From Schizochytrium sp. TIO01 (Eukaryota > Protista > Bigyra: Labyrinthulomycetes), in contig SMSO01000032.1 of assembly GCA_004764695.1 (NCBI GenBank), positions 1,364,001 to 1,428,000 of the forward strand: a DNA stretch of 64,000 nt, written 5' to 3'. Made by a program: the position numbers and the translations under genes. Below, piece by piece: positions 26,368 to 37,599 of the stretch (positions are counted from its first letter, which is position 1; every line of letters begins with the position of its first letter). The notes below the pieces were generated by a model, which was not told where the DNA came from, did not search any database, and saw nothing but the letters and a program-made list of their open reading frames with translations.

Positions 26368-28470
26368 TTAATGCCAATCATCGTCAGAAGCGTCATCAAC
26401 TCCAGCGTGCTGCTCCTCTTGAGTAATTTGCTTACGCCGTTCAAGTACACAAGACTTAAGCATGTCTAATAGCGAGTCCTGCGCATTTTGATTTTTACCA
26501 TCAAGATCAGGTAAAGACTCAACTTCGCTGTTATGACGTAAACGAACGATCCCGGCTTCAATTTCACTAAGAAACGCTGGACGAAACTTAGCTGTTTGTG
26601 TTTTCGGAGGTGGGGGTTTAGATTTTCGAAGCTTGACTTGCCCCAGTGCAATGTCCTGCAGGAAAGCAGGTTGAGGTTTGTCATCAATTGACCTGGAAGA
26701 AACTCCGCCCCTTTCAGAAAAGGAAGGCTTAATACTGATATCTTGACCTGCTTCTTTCTGCTCAGTCTCATTATTAAACTTCCTCATAATTGTATTTTGA
26801 CGTAGTGGCGGCGGTGGTTTGACAGTGGATATGGGCGTTGGCTTTGGGTGGGGTACAGGTGGTTTGGGGTAGCCTGTTTTAACCGGTTGCTGAGTTGTGG
26901 ATACCTTGCCTTCCGTGTTATTCTGAAAGCTTTCATTTGTTTTCTTTAGCAATGGTCTTGGGGGGCGAAGCGGTGGATTACTTTGTGAGTCTATTTCTCT
27001 CCCTTGAAAAGCTTGCTCAGCTACATGCGGAGGTGGTGGGGGTGGTTGTTCTAGAGGTGTTGAGGGCAATTCATCCGGTGGGGGTGGAGGAGGCGGAATT
27101 GATCCTAATTCGTCTTGCCACTGTTTCGGTCCTGAAAATGGCGATACATCTTTCATTTCATGACTTGATTTCCCCTCAGTTATATCTGAGGAGTGGTTAC
27201 TCCTATTCTTAGTTGGGCGTCTCCTTGAATCTGAGTGGGTAGTTCTATTGCTATTTGGTGATTGAGAACGTATGGGCAGTTTTGTATCTGTCTTCTTTCT
27301 ATTTACCACCATTGGGTTCATATGCAACTCAATAGGCTCGAGGTCGTTCTCTGATTCTTTACTTAAAGATTTAATGCTCGCATCACAAACATCTGACCGA
27401 GGGTTCATAAAGAAAATTTGTTCTCTTTGTTGTTGCAGACGAATCTGTTCAGCAACGAACTCTTGCGACGTCGTGGGGCCACGAGAGGGATACTTTGCAT
27501 TCTCATGTAACACTTTCGAGTAAGTCTGCGACACGGTACGTTTCCTAGTCTCTAATCCAGCACATTTGACTGCTTCTCGAATACGGGCTTTCATTTTGGG
27601 ATCAGCTAGATCCTGACTTGTAAGTCCAGCTTGCTGAAAGAGAGTTCTCCACTCTGGCGAAATGTTGGTAAAGTCTAAGGATCCATCTTGGTTAACTCCA
27701 ACATGAATATTACGCACAATACTCGTCACATGACTAATCTGTCGAGGTTCCTCGTGATTACTGGCTGGGGCGGCTCTAATGGGAACAGTGGATGCCTTGA
27801 ACGACGGTTGGCTTTTCGTTGGCTTCTGTGGTGTTTGCTGCTCCATGTTTTTAGATTTGTGCGATTTATTAGAAGATCTTTTGGTGAAGAATGAAGATAG
27901 AGTCCGGGACGAGCCTTTACGTTCACTCGGCTCACGAGTCTTCCTGGTTCGCATAGATCTTGAGGTTTGTTTTGGTGCAGGGGCCATTCCAGGTGATGGT
28001 TTGAGGCATTCACTCTTTACCTTTGCTCCATGTTTTGAGCGAGGTAAGAGACCTATCACTTTATAGTAAAACCGTTTAGCTTCCTCTCCGTTGGCAAAAT
28101 TGATTCCAGCAACACAATCATCCAGTTCGAAAGCGTGAAAAGTTGGCTCCAGTTCAAGATACTCGAGATTTAAGTAAGTTTCGAATTGGAATCGCAACAC
28201 GTGTCCGACAACATCATATATTTGAATCAAACACGTATCCATATCACGATCAACTACAAACACGACTGCACCAGCTACTCTAGTGTACACCCAGCCATCT
28301 TTGCACTGCAGGATATCTGGAAACTGGTTAACGATTGGGGAATGTTTACCAGCGAGAATATCCTTCGAAGGACTCGAAAGGAAGAGCTGTCCAATTGCCC
28401 CGCCCACGATGGTGCGGTGCGGGCCCACATTGCGACCAAGTTCTGCAAGTTCTTGCTTGGAGAGCGACAT
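26368..28470 (-). CDS. WAS: WASP-family actin nucleation-promoting factor (WH1-basic-CRIB-like-polyPro-WH2x2-C-A)
   Basis: WH1/EVH1 (…IQIYDV…FHAFELDDCVAGINFANGEEAKRF); basic region; GBD-like ISHVTSIVRNIHVG…ISPEWRTLFQQAGLT; poly-Pro runs; two WH2 motifs (FLQDIALGQVKLRK, FLSEIEAGIVRLRH); central helix LLDMLKSCVLERRKQI; acidic tail DDASDDDWH with the conserved Trp. First in-frame ATG at 28470 (the ORF track starts at GTG 28473). Confidence 0.92.
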   Translation of the reverse strand: MSLSKQELAELGRNVGPHRTIVGGAIGQLFLSSPSKDILAGKHSPIVNQFPDILQCKDGWVYTRVAGAVVFVVDRDMDTCLIQIYDVVGHVLRFQFETYLNLEYLELEPTFHAFELDDCVAGINFANGEEAKRFYYKVIGLLPRSKHGAKVKSECLKPSPGMAPAPKQTSRSMRTRKTREPSERKGSSRTLSSFFTKRSSNKSHKSKNMEQQTPQKPTKSQPSFKASTVPIRAAPASNHEEPRQISHVTSIVRNIHVGVNQDGSLDFTNISPEWRTLFQQAGLTSQDLADPKMKARIREAVKCAGLETRKRTVSQTYSKVLHENAKYPSRGPTTSQEFVAEQIRLQQQREQIFFMNPRSDVCDASIKSLSKESENDLEPIELHMNPMVVNRKKTDTKLPIRSQSPNSNRTTHSDSRRRPTKNRSNHSSDITEGKSSHEMKDVSPFSGPKQWQDELGSIPPPPPPPDELPSTPLEQPPPPPPHVAEQAFQGREIDSQSNPPLRPPRPLLKKTNESFQNNTEGKVSTTQQPVKTGYPKPPVPHPKPTPISTVKPPPPLRQNTIMRKFNNETEQKEAGQDISIKPSFSERGGVSSRSIDDKPQPAFLQDIALGQVKLRKSKPPPPKTQTAKFRPAFLSEIEAGIVRLRHNSEVESLPDLDGKNQNAQDSLLDMLKSCVLERRKQITQEEQHAGVDDASDDDWH

Positions 28471-29088
28471 CACACATTGACGCTGTGCAGGGAGTAGAGC
28501 GGAGTAGCCAGCAACCTACTCAACTCCTTCGTCGCTTTTGCAAATTCTATATGAATTTACATATATAGCCGGGCAGGAAAGGCTCTTCTACGGGAACACC
28601 ACTGATCTTCACGCTTAATCGCCTGAGGCCTTCCACTGAGAGCCTAAAATTTTTAATCCTTAGCAAGATTATCAAGAGCGTGCAATTGCAAGCGTCCAAG
28701 ATGCACTTGTTGTAGTATGCCAGAAGTTCCGTTGAGAACGCTTACTCGTATCGCCCTGGTTAGCTCAATGTCTATCAATAGTCCTACTCCCTTAGCCAAG
28801 CAAAAGATCTCGGTCGTAGCGCGACGTATATTTAATTTAATTTAATTTATTTTATTCCTTTTCTTCAAAACTTTATTTTGACTCTTCTTGCTTTTCCATT
28901 TGCATCAATTATCCTTGATCACTGGTTTCCCATCGTTTTATGTTTCATCCCTGAAACGCCTTGCGGAGCCCTGTTCTTGTTCGTGCACATACACGAGTTA
29001 GCACTCCCCGCGCTGGTGTGAGGGATCTCGAGACAAACCCGTTTGTGGTCTATCATACGCCACTGAGACAGGAGCAGTGTAGAAGAGA

Positions 29089-29967
29089 ATGAGCGATCAA
29101 CAAGCAACAACTAGTGCTACTGAGGCAGAAAAATGGCAAGATAAATCCCAGGGCATGGAGGAAGGTGCCACTGTTGTGAATGCAGCAGAGGAAGATGTCG
29201 AGGACGAGGAGGATGATTACATGGCTGGGGGTCTAGAGTTTGTATTCCAAGATTGGCTTGACCCGCAGACATTCACGTGTCACTCGGCAGACACATTCTC
29301 TCTACTTGATGTGGAAGTACAGCAGGGCACGTTTTGCCACACCAAGGAGAACGATCAAACAGGGGCTGTCGTATGGGACGATGCTGTGATGCTAGCCCGT
29401 CATATGGTGAACAAATTCGGAAAGGAGCTGCAAGGCCAGCGGGTGGTCGATCTGGGTGCGGGAACCGGATTTCTTGGCCTTACAGTAGCCCGGGGCTGCG
29501 GAGCGAATGTGGCTATCACAGATCGTGACGTTATGAAAGATCTTATTGAACGCAATATTGATTTAAACAAAGACGGTATTACACAACAGGGCGGAAATGC
29601 CAGCTTTTTTGACCATTCATGGGGCGAAGATCTTGATCCAGAGATGGCTAAAATGTTACCTTTTCACGTCGTGTTGTGCAGTGGATGCATTTACCACGAG
29701 GAAGCAAATCCAGCTCTTTTGAAATCCTTAAGGGTATTGTCAGGCTGTACTGGTGACATTTATGTTGCGATTGACTTTCGATTTGATGTGACTATTCAAG
29801 CTGAAGACGAACAATATGCTGCACCTGTGGTTGCCTCATTCCTAGAACAAGCTCAAGAAGCTGGCCTTGACCTCCAGGAGTTGAGTGCAGAAGGTGGTGA
29901 GCTTGTGCTGGAGCCTTCCCAGGTGAAAAAATCGGTAAAGATTTTTAAAGGTCACTTTATTAACTGA
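29089..29967 (+). CDS. Seven-beta-strand SAM-dependent protein methyltransferase, family 16 (METTL21/EEF1AKMT-like)
   Basis: TGAVVWDDAVMLA pre-motif; motif I VVDLGAGTG; post-I ITD; SWG; motif II/post-II VVLCSGCIY; acidic N-terminal extension. Confidence 0.9.
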   Translation: MSDQQATTSATEAEKWQDKSQGMEEGATVVNAAEEDVEDEEDDYMAGGLEFVFQDWLDPQTFTCHSADTFSLLDVEVQQGTFCHTKENDQTGAVVWDDAVMLARHMVNKFGKELQGQRVVDLGAGTGFLGLTVARGCGANVAITDRDVMKDLIERNIDLNKDGITQQGGNASFFDHSWGEDLDPEMAKMLPFHVVLCSGCIYHEEANPALLKSLRVLSGCTGDIYVAIDFRFDVTIQAEDEQYAAPVVASFLEQAQEAGLDLQELSAEGGELVLEPSQVKKSVKIFKGHFIN

Positions 29968-30438
29968 GTAATTTTCTTGGAAATATAGATAGAGTGCCAT
30001 GTCGACATCTACTCATTACGTTCTTTGAATTTGTACAACTGCAATAAGAGGTACTATCACGGTACAGAGATTAGCCAAGCTGTAATTCATTAGCCACATC
30101 TGTTTGCAAAGAGAATTGAAATGTTATAATTATATGAATGCTGTATGATCTATGAGGATAAGTGGGTGCTGAGTCGATCTATTCTTGCGAGGACGGCGGG
30201 GGATGGGGGGGGGGTTGCAGACTCTCCTACGACATAACAGAGCAGAACATTGAACAGGAGGAAATGTGACAATTGAAAAATAATGATTACTGAGATGTAT
30301 CTACCAAACAGTGCATGGTCAGGCCTGTGAAGGTCGGTGTCCAAGATACTAAAGGACGCAAATGTTTTCAGACGCTATGTCTCGGGTATTTCCCCTCTTT
30401 TATTCTTTTTTTTTTAAAACAATCAGGCTTTTCGATGT

Positions 30439-32239
30439 TTATTCGTCACTGCACGACACAGCATCAGCGCGACACTGCGTCTTACACGCCTTGTATTCAG
30501 TACGGCTGAGAAGGCTGGAGCAGCTTTCTTCAATGCAGGTGTCCACCTCAATTTTGCATGTAAGAGCAGCTTCAAGCTTGTCAGCGCACGTTCCGAGGCT
30601 ATCAGCATTCTCGCTCAGACAAGATATACATTCCTCAGCAGTAGTGCTGTTGAAGCTCCTACGCATGTCACAGACACTGCAGGTTTCTACAATCTCCGTA
30701 GCACAAGTAGAGTTCACACCAGGGATCTTTACCTTGTTATGCTTTCCAAGATGACGCCCTTTGCCATGACCGCTGCCGGTAGAGTTGTGGCTGCCTGTGA
30801 AATTATGGTGTCCCCCCAAATTGGAGGAATCATCGTCATCAACAGTTTGATTACCATGTCCTCCAAACTTGCCAAGGTTACGGCCCTTGCCATGGCCAGG
30901 GCTAGTGGTAGAGTTGTGGCCTTCAGTAGCGTTATGGTAGTGATCAGGCAGATCGGTGGCGTTGTGAGTCATGTTGAAACCATGATGAGCATCGCCATTG
31001 TTACGAAGGTGGCGCCCCTTGCCATGTCCATGGCCAGTTGAGTTGTGGCTTCCGGTATAGTTGTGGCTTCCGGTGTAGTTGTGGTCAGGCAGGACGGTGG
31101 CGTTGGGGTAGTGGTCAGGCAGATCGGTAGCGTTATGGGTCATGTTGAAACCATGGTGAGCACCGCCATTGTTACGAAGGTGGCGCCCCTTGCCATGTCC
31201 ATGGCCAGTTGAGTTGTGGCTGCCAGTAAAGTTGTGGCTGCCAGTGAAGTTGTGGCCCTCAGTAGCGTTGTGGTAATGATCAGGCAGATCGGTAGCGTTG
31301 TGAGTCATGTTGAAACCATGGTGAGCACCGCCATTGTTACGAAGGTGGCGTCCCTTGCCATGTCCATGGCCAGTTGAGTTGTGGCTGCCAGTAAAGTTGT
31401 GGCTGCCAGTGAAGTTGTGGCTGCCAGTGAAGTTGTGGCTGCCAGTGAAGTTGTGGCTGCCAGTGAAGTTGTGGCTGCCAGTGAAGTTGTGGTAATGATC
31501 AGGCAGATCAGTGGCATTATGAGTCATATTGAAACCGTGGTGAGCACCGCCATTTTTACGAAGGTGACGACCATAGTTAGAATCGGAGCCATGACCATTG
31601 GAGCTTCCTCCATGGCCTCCATCTTGGCTACCATTGTCCAACGACGTACAAGAAGTAGCATTTGCACGACACTCACTTTTGCACATGGCAAGCTGCACAC
31701 CGTCAAAGCCCAGACACAAAGTGTCAACACAGTCTGCAAGCTCAGTCGCACACGAAAGCTTGTCAACAAGGGCGTCAGTGCAGCCAGCAAGGCTGTCTGC
31801 ATTCTCCAAGAGGCATTCAAGGCAGGTTGCTGCATTAGTTGAGTTCATATCCTTGACCTCGCAAGTTTCACATGTATCAATTATCTCTTGGGCGCAAGTA
31901 GTGTTAACTCCAGATGGAACATGGCCTCCAATTGTTTTGTTAGGGCACGATGTTGCATTCTGGTAGCACTCTTGAGCACACGAGAGGACTCGACCGTTGC
32001 CGGGGAGACTCTTGCAGCTCTCTTCCATACATGTTTCGACCTCTACGAAACACTCGACCTCGGCAAGCTGATCTTCAACACAGTCGCCGAGGTCATCAAT
32101 ATTATTTTCGAGACAGTCTACGCAATCCTCCCAGTTAGTCAGATTTGCGTAATGGTGGAAGGTGCAGACATCACCACAAACCTCTTCGACAAGCTCAATG
32201 CAGGTGTTATTTCCAGTTGAAGGCATACCAGAGCCGTGG

Positions 32240-32270
<31 letters not shown>

Positions 32271-32490
32271 CGTGGCCAGAGCTTGGGCCTCCAAAGTTGT
32301 TGCCTCCATTATTACCTCCTGTATTTCCATTCGAAGGAGTGGAACCTCCAAAGTTGTTGCCTCCGTGCTGCTGATTACCACCATCATTGGTAGGGCCGGA
32401 GGATTGGAATCCACCGCTTGACCGAGCTTCTGCTGAGCTCGCAGCACTTGCTGCAAGGACCGCCAAGGCCCACAAGGTCTTGATTTGCAT
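30439..32490 (-). CDS. Secreted glycoprotein/polyprotein: signal peptide, G/N/S-rich leader, two 12-Cys domains, RHLR-punctuated His/N-sequon repeat array, third 12-Cys domain
   Basis: ATG at 32490 starts a clear signal peptide (MQIKTLWALAVLAASAASSAEA); the ORF track uses an upstream TTG at 32514. Cys domains at 31945-32202, 31648-31896 and 30451-30705; repeat array 30745-31569. No TM or GPI tail seen. Confidence 0.9.
30745..31569 (-). repeat. Intragenic nested tandem repeat: five units of 42-73 aa with an internal 18-bp (HNFTGS)n minisatellite
   Basis: Unit starts (RHL/RNL) at 31569, 31350, 31185, 31014 and 30882, with a closing RHL at 30756. Six tandem 18-bp copies at 31384-31491. Confidence 0.97.
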
Positions 32491-33399
32491 GGTTGGTCTT
32501 TTAAGCTCTGACAATCTCAGGTAATTAGGTTTTGCTTATACAGGTTCTTGAATTTTTCTACCTTGAACTCCGTATCAAATTCTGCCCAAGTTTTATCAAG
32601 GGACTATGCAAGCAAGCAAGCAAGCAAAGCCCGCCAGCCAGCCAGAAAGCCAACTAATTAAATTTCTTCGTTTCGACTTGGCCGAGTTTGGTGTTTGTTG
32701 GAGTTCGGGTTTTGTTTGTTTCCTCGCGCTCTGTTCCTCCATTTTTTTTTTTTAAATAATCATTTTTTATTTTTTTAAAGTTCCTCCTTAAGAGCCGCAT
32801 CTCTTTCTTCCGTCGCTTTTGCGCCCTCTCTTGCTATCTCCTGCAGCGCGTGAATCCTCTAAAAACCCGGAATTGCGTTAGGTTCTTCCTCCCTCTACTA
32901 CGAAATCATACTCTAGAGGTATATTATATGTTATATAACACTTGTTTCTACCTTTTTCGTTTTTTTTATTAAAATTTTAAAGATGATTAAAAACTTTTAA
33001 GAGCCTTGAAGAATTCCAGCATCGGCACTCTTGTGTAAACCAGCCAGCACTCCCTTTGCCCGACCCTAGCTTCTTTCCCTCGCGCAGCCTCATACCTCGC
33101 CCGTCCCTGCATCAATTACAGAGGTGGTCGGATAAGCCGCAGTCCGATTTGATTCTTGCGCTGCCAGCAGGCCTTCATTCGGAGCCACTTTCTCTCAACT
33201 CGCCAAGGACGGAGCCTTCTCCTTCTTTCTCTCTTCCTTCGCAAATAACTCGTCTCTTCAACAACTCCCTTATCTAACCGTAGATAAATGTTACAGTCGT
33301 TTTGTTTTATTTCATCTTATTCTATTTCAAATGTTATTCCAAAGTATCAAAACTTAAAAAAACAAAATGTTTTAAAAACAAACAAATACTTTATTCAAA

Positions 33400-34428
33400 C
33401 TCCAAAGAGCCTGCGTGACACCCACGGTAGGTCTCCACTGAAAATATCGCTCCCGGCTTCAGGGGGGGGGGGGCAGCAGCCGCCTTGCGATCATGAGGGG
33501 ACTCATGGCATGCGTCTTGAGGTGTTCCGAAGGTGCTGTAACTTAGGAAGAGAGGAAGTAAACGAGGAGGAAGCAGGTGCTATCTATGGCGCTAGCCAAC
33601 TGCTAGGCCGTTCCAGCTTGTTGGCAAATGCTGTTTCTTCTCTGCGTTTTGGCGAATCGGTTTCGTGGTTCATGATTTGGCGGTGGAGTTGGAAACGAGG
33701 AATTGGAAACGTGGATTTGCGCGACGTCTAAAGAGTCGCGCAAATTGATCATCTTCCGCCCGCGAGGGTCTACCCGCAGCCACAGCAGACAATCGATTTT
33801 CAATGAATCAATCATTCACTGCATGTCATCCGAAGAGATCGATCGAGCTTCGAGCTTCTTTGTCCTTCTGCACCGTAGCTTGGTCCCAGAACTGATGGTC
33901 AATCAATCGACCACTCTCGTTCCCAATCTCTTCCTCAAAGTTTGTGCCGCTGACACACATTCGTGTTCACATACACATAAAAATACACATACACAGACAG
34001 ACATCGGGCGCGTCTAGAGCATGGATTGGCCAGCCAAGAGTCCTGGGCGGCGAATACCTCAAATCCGCGAGAGGAGGCTTGAGATGGTGGCGAGAGAGTC
34101 GTTCGAGATCTCAAGTACCTGCAGGCAGCCATGTAAGTAAGTAAGGTAAGTAAGTAAGTCGCCTCGCTTGAGCTGCGAGCGTCCAACTTTAACGTCACAT
34201 CTCCGCTGCCAACGCGGGAAAGCCAACAACCCAAACGCGGCGCAGCTCAGCGGCAGATCAACTGTCTATCCTATCTCTCAATCTCTCTCTATCTCTATGT
34301 ACAACCATTGCTCCGCACTGCATTCTGAATTCTGCCTCCGGAACTCTTTTTCCAAGAAAAACACAGCTTCTTGGAAGAAAAAAAAAAAAACAAAAAACCT
34401 TTTTCGTAAAGATAGATAGATAGATAGA

Positions 34429-34463
<35 letters not shown>

Positions 34464-37400
34464 ATACGCATAGATCACCTCTATCTAACCAATCAGAAGT
34501 CCGGGAGGCAAATAAACAGAAGAATGGCAAAGCATCACTCATAACGCACGTTGACCGAAGTCATCTGAAGTATCGTATCCCGTTCTTCTCAGTTTAGAAT
34601 CCTATCCATCTGGTTCAGCTTACCGGAGGCTCTTCACAACCGAGACGAGTCTTTACACTCGTGCCCTCGTCATCAGCGGTGATTATCACTCACTGCCGTC
34701 GTGGTCCGAGCTCTCTGAGCCTTCTTCGCGCTCTTCTTCTCTGCTATGCTTGGCCTTCGTTCTTGCTCGCACCGGCTTAACAAGGCACGCAGCCGTGAGG
34801 AGGCCACCGCGGCCTCTATCTCTGGTTTTCATTTATTCATGGCGCGCGAGCGGAGGTTTCCGGTGGAGTGCAACAATAATCCGAAGTTCTTCTTGTAAGA
34901 GCGAATCCTCAGTTAGTTAGTTAGTTAGTTCGTCCATTTGTCTATGAATTCGTTCTTATCGATGGGTTCATGAACGAATGAGGAGAGAGTGAACTGCGAT
35001 GGGTGCTCCTCTGCTGTGTCCATCGCCACCACTTTGGCATCGACTTGAGACTTTTAGCTCGAACAGTATCCTGCCGCCAGGCATCTTTGCCTCGAGATTT
35101 CTCCTAATTCAAGTCGGTCAAGGCAGTCGGCACTCCTCTATCTGTTTGTTCTTCATCTCCGCACTCATGCAGCAACAGCTTTCGCTATCTGTTGTTGTTG
35201 TTGTTGCTGTTGTTGCCGTGGTTGTTGCCGTGGTTGTCGGCTAAGGACAAGGAAGGGTGGATTTCTGGCCAACTGGAAACAGACATTTATTCATAAAGGA
35301 AGCATTTCTGTACCCAAAGCCCCAAATCTTATTGAGAAATCCCTCCTGCGACTCATTGATTGATTGATTGATTCATTGATTGATTCATTGGCTCCATGCA
35401 AATCCGTGTTCCAATATGTTCATTCCTCATCCCGTACCATTCCATGCTCTTACTACCTACACATGCATCCGCTCCGCTGCCTTCTATCCTCTCGGCTACT
35501 CTTCTCCTACGAGTCCTTCCCCTGGAACACCTGGATCGCCAGTTCATGCACAGAGCCCGCCGAACTCAGTTGCTCCTGACAGACACGCCACTCCCACCCT
35601 CGGCCTGTTCTTCCCCTTGGGGTGACGGCGCGCTAAGAGGTCCTAGGCAGCTCGCTTTCCAGGTTCTCGCAAACTAACCCCTCTTCGGGTTCCCCTCCGC
35701 TGCTTTCGGAGCTTTGGTCTCTTTTTATTTAGTTTTACAAACAAATGACTTTTTATTTCCAATTAATTAATTAATTACTTACTTATAAATAGATAAATAA
35801 ATAAATAAATATAAATACCAATTTTAAAAAATGAAGTAAAGATAGAGATGAAGGAAGATAAGAGGAGATAGATAGATTGATTGACTGGAGAAAAGAAAAG
35901 GAAAGAATCTCTCTCGGTTCGCTTCATGAGTTTGTTTCTGACCTTCTTCGGGTTTCGAGCTTCGTTGCAAAGTGAGTTCGAGCGAACGATGTGAAGGCGT
36001 GCAAGGGGGAGAGGGAGGGCTTTCTATCGAGCTCAGCTGCAGCTGTTCTGAATATGGGCCTGGAAATGCATAAATAAATAAATCCAAAGCTCAAGAACTC
36101 AACTTCTTTCCCTTTCCCGCACATCCTCGGAGTCGTTTGAGACTCTCTCTCTCTCTCTCTCTCTCTCTGTGAGTGAGTATGTGTGTGTGCGTTTTTGTCT
36201 CATGCATCATCGTCTTTTCAAGAGCGCCGAATTCTCGCCAGCAAAGCTTTGCATTTGCGGGCGGTGGAGCAAAGCCTGCGTCAACGGGAACCCTGCGCAG
36301 GCGGCGTCTCGGTCTCTGGGTGGGTCGTCTCTGCCGACGTCGCGCCGATGAGATGACAGTTCCTGCTCCTTGCCGGGCTGGCGGAGCTGCAAGGGCGGAG
36401 CCGCCGTCAGCTCAGAAGAACGAACTGCAAGATGCGCTGGAGAAAGGCCACTAAGTCCACCCGCGAGATATTCTCTGCGCTGCCGATGCTTCAAGAACGA
36501 ACGATGGAGAGAGAGAGAGAGAAAGAGAACCTCTGCGCGCTCCTTGCCTGAGTGCATCCGTAAGCGGGCGGTGGACCTGAGAAGGAGGGCTTAGCAAGTG
36601 CAATCTGCTCTTCTTTCGTCGTCGCTCAGGGCCTTTGGCTGCAGGCATACCTGCGAACTTGCCTTGGAAACTGTGCTGCTTTGATAACGATGAGAGATGG
36701 GATAGATATTCCATCGAGCTGTTACGAACTGATTCATGAGCGAGTTTGTGCCCAGAAAGCCTGAGGGAGATCTATCTCGCTCCGCATATGCAGTGCGGCC
36801 TCGAGAAGACCAGTGCGAAGGTGGTTCTATCGAATTTGCGGCGTGCACTCGTGTGAACGTCTTCAGTTCAAAGTCGCCTTGCTATCAACCGATCCAAACT
36901 ATATGCATACGTGAGACGAAGCGAATTATGTCTTGTCAACCCTCGTGAACAAGGGCGCCACAGCCAGGGCAGTTCAGGACTCTCTTTGTGCTTGCTCTCA
37001 AGCCGAGCTGTCTCCTGTTTCCGTGGCTCTGGAACTCGTGGAACCTTTGGGTTCAGGCATAGAATATCCCGCGCCTAATGAACAGCAAGTTCCAAACCTG
37101 TCCAACTATCGAATCAACGCTATGATGAAAACGACCGCAAGGCTTGATTCCCCAAACACGAGCGTCAGCCAGCATTAATAGTTATCGAGCCGGTCAGTCG
37201 TGGCCGACGAGAACACTGAAGCGAATGGATTATAAGAAGTTTGTCTCAACTAATCAACCGAAGAATAGTTATAATTATAAGCAATTCTTGACTTACAGCG
37301 ACCCCAACTACTTTGTACAACCCAAACATTATGTCTGTATCACACTACTCTTCCGCTCGCCTCCATTCCTCAACTGATTACTGCAGACCATTTGGAGGCC

Positions 37401-37500
37401 TCATGGAGAAAGTGTCAACATTGTTCAACTCCAAAACATCCCGCCCCTTTACTTTCCTCGCATCTGCGTAAACAAACATCATTATCGCGCCTGCACCATC
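33400..37500 (+). pseudogene. Patchy TPR relics overlaid by microsatellites
   Basis: 33537-33587 CNLGREEVNEEEAGAIY; 34037-34069 RVLGGEYLKSA; 37026-37052 ALELVEPLG followed by EYP…NLSNY. Confidence 0.42.
34411..34465. repeat. Compound microsatellite (GATA)n(AATA)n
   Basis: Directly visible. One of many simple repeats in 33-37.6 kb: (GTAA)n ~34133, (GTTA)n ~34911, (ATTG)n ~35355, (CT)n ~36144, (CATT)n ~37557. Confidence 0.95.
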
Positions 37501-37599
37501 TCTCTCTTTTACCCGCGGCTTTGCATCCGATCGTCCATCTCTAGCGCGTATTTATTCATTCATTTATTCATTCATTCATTCATTCATTCATTCTCTGAA

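Noticed and set aside
28752-28830. tRNA-like start gccctggttagctcaatg (also gtagctcagtag at ~58696 and ggttcaattcc at ~16716)
   Set aside because: No paired A-box/B-box or cloverleaf could be built.
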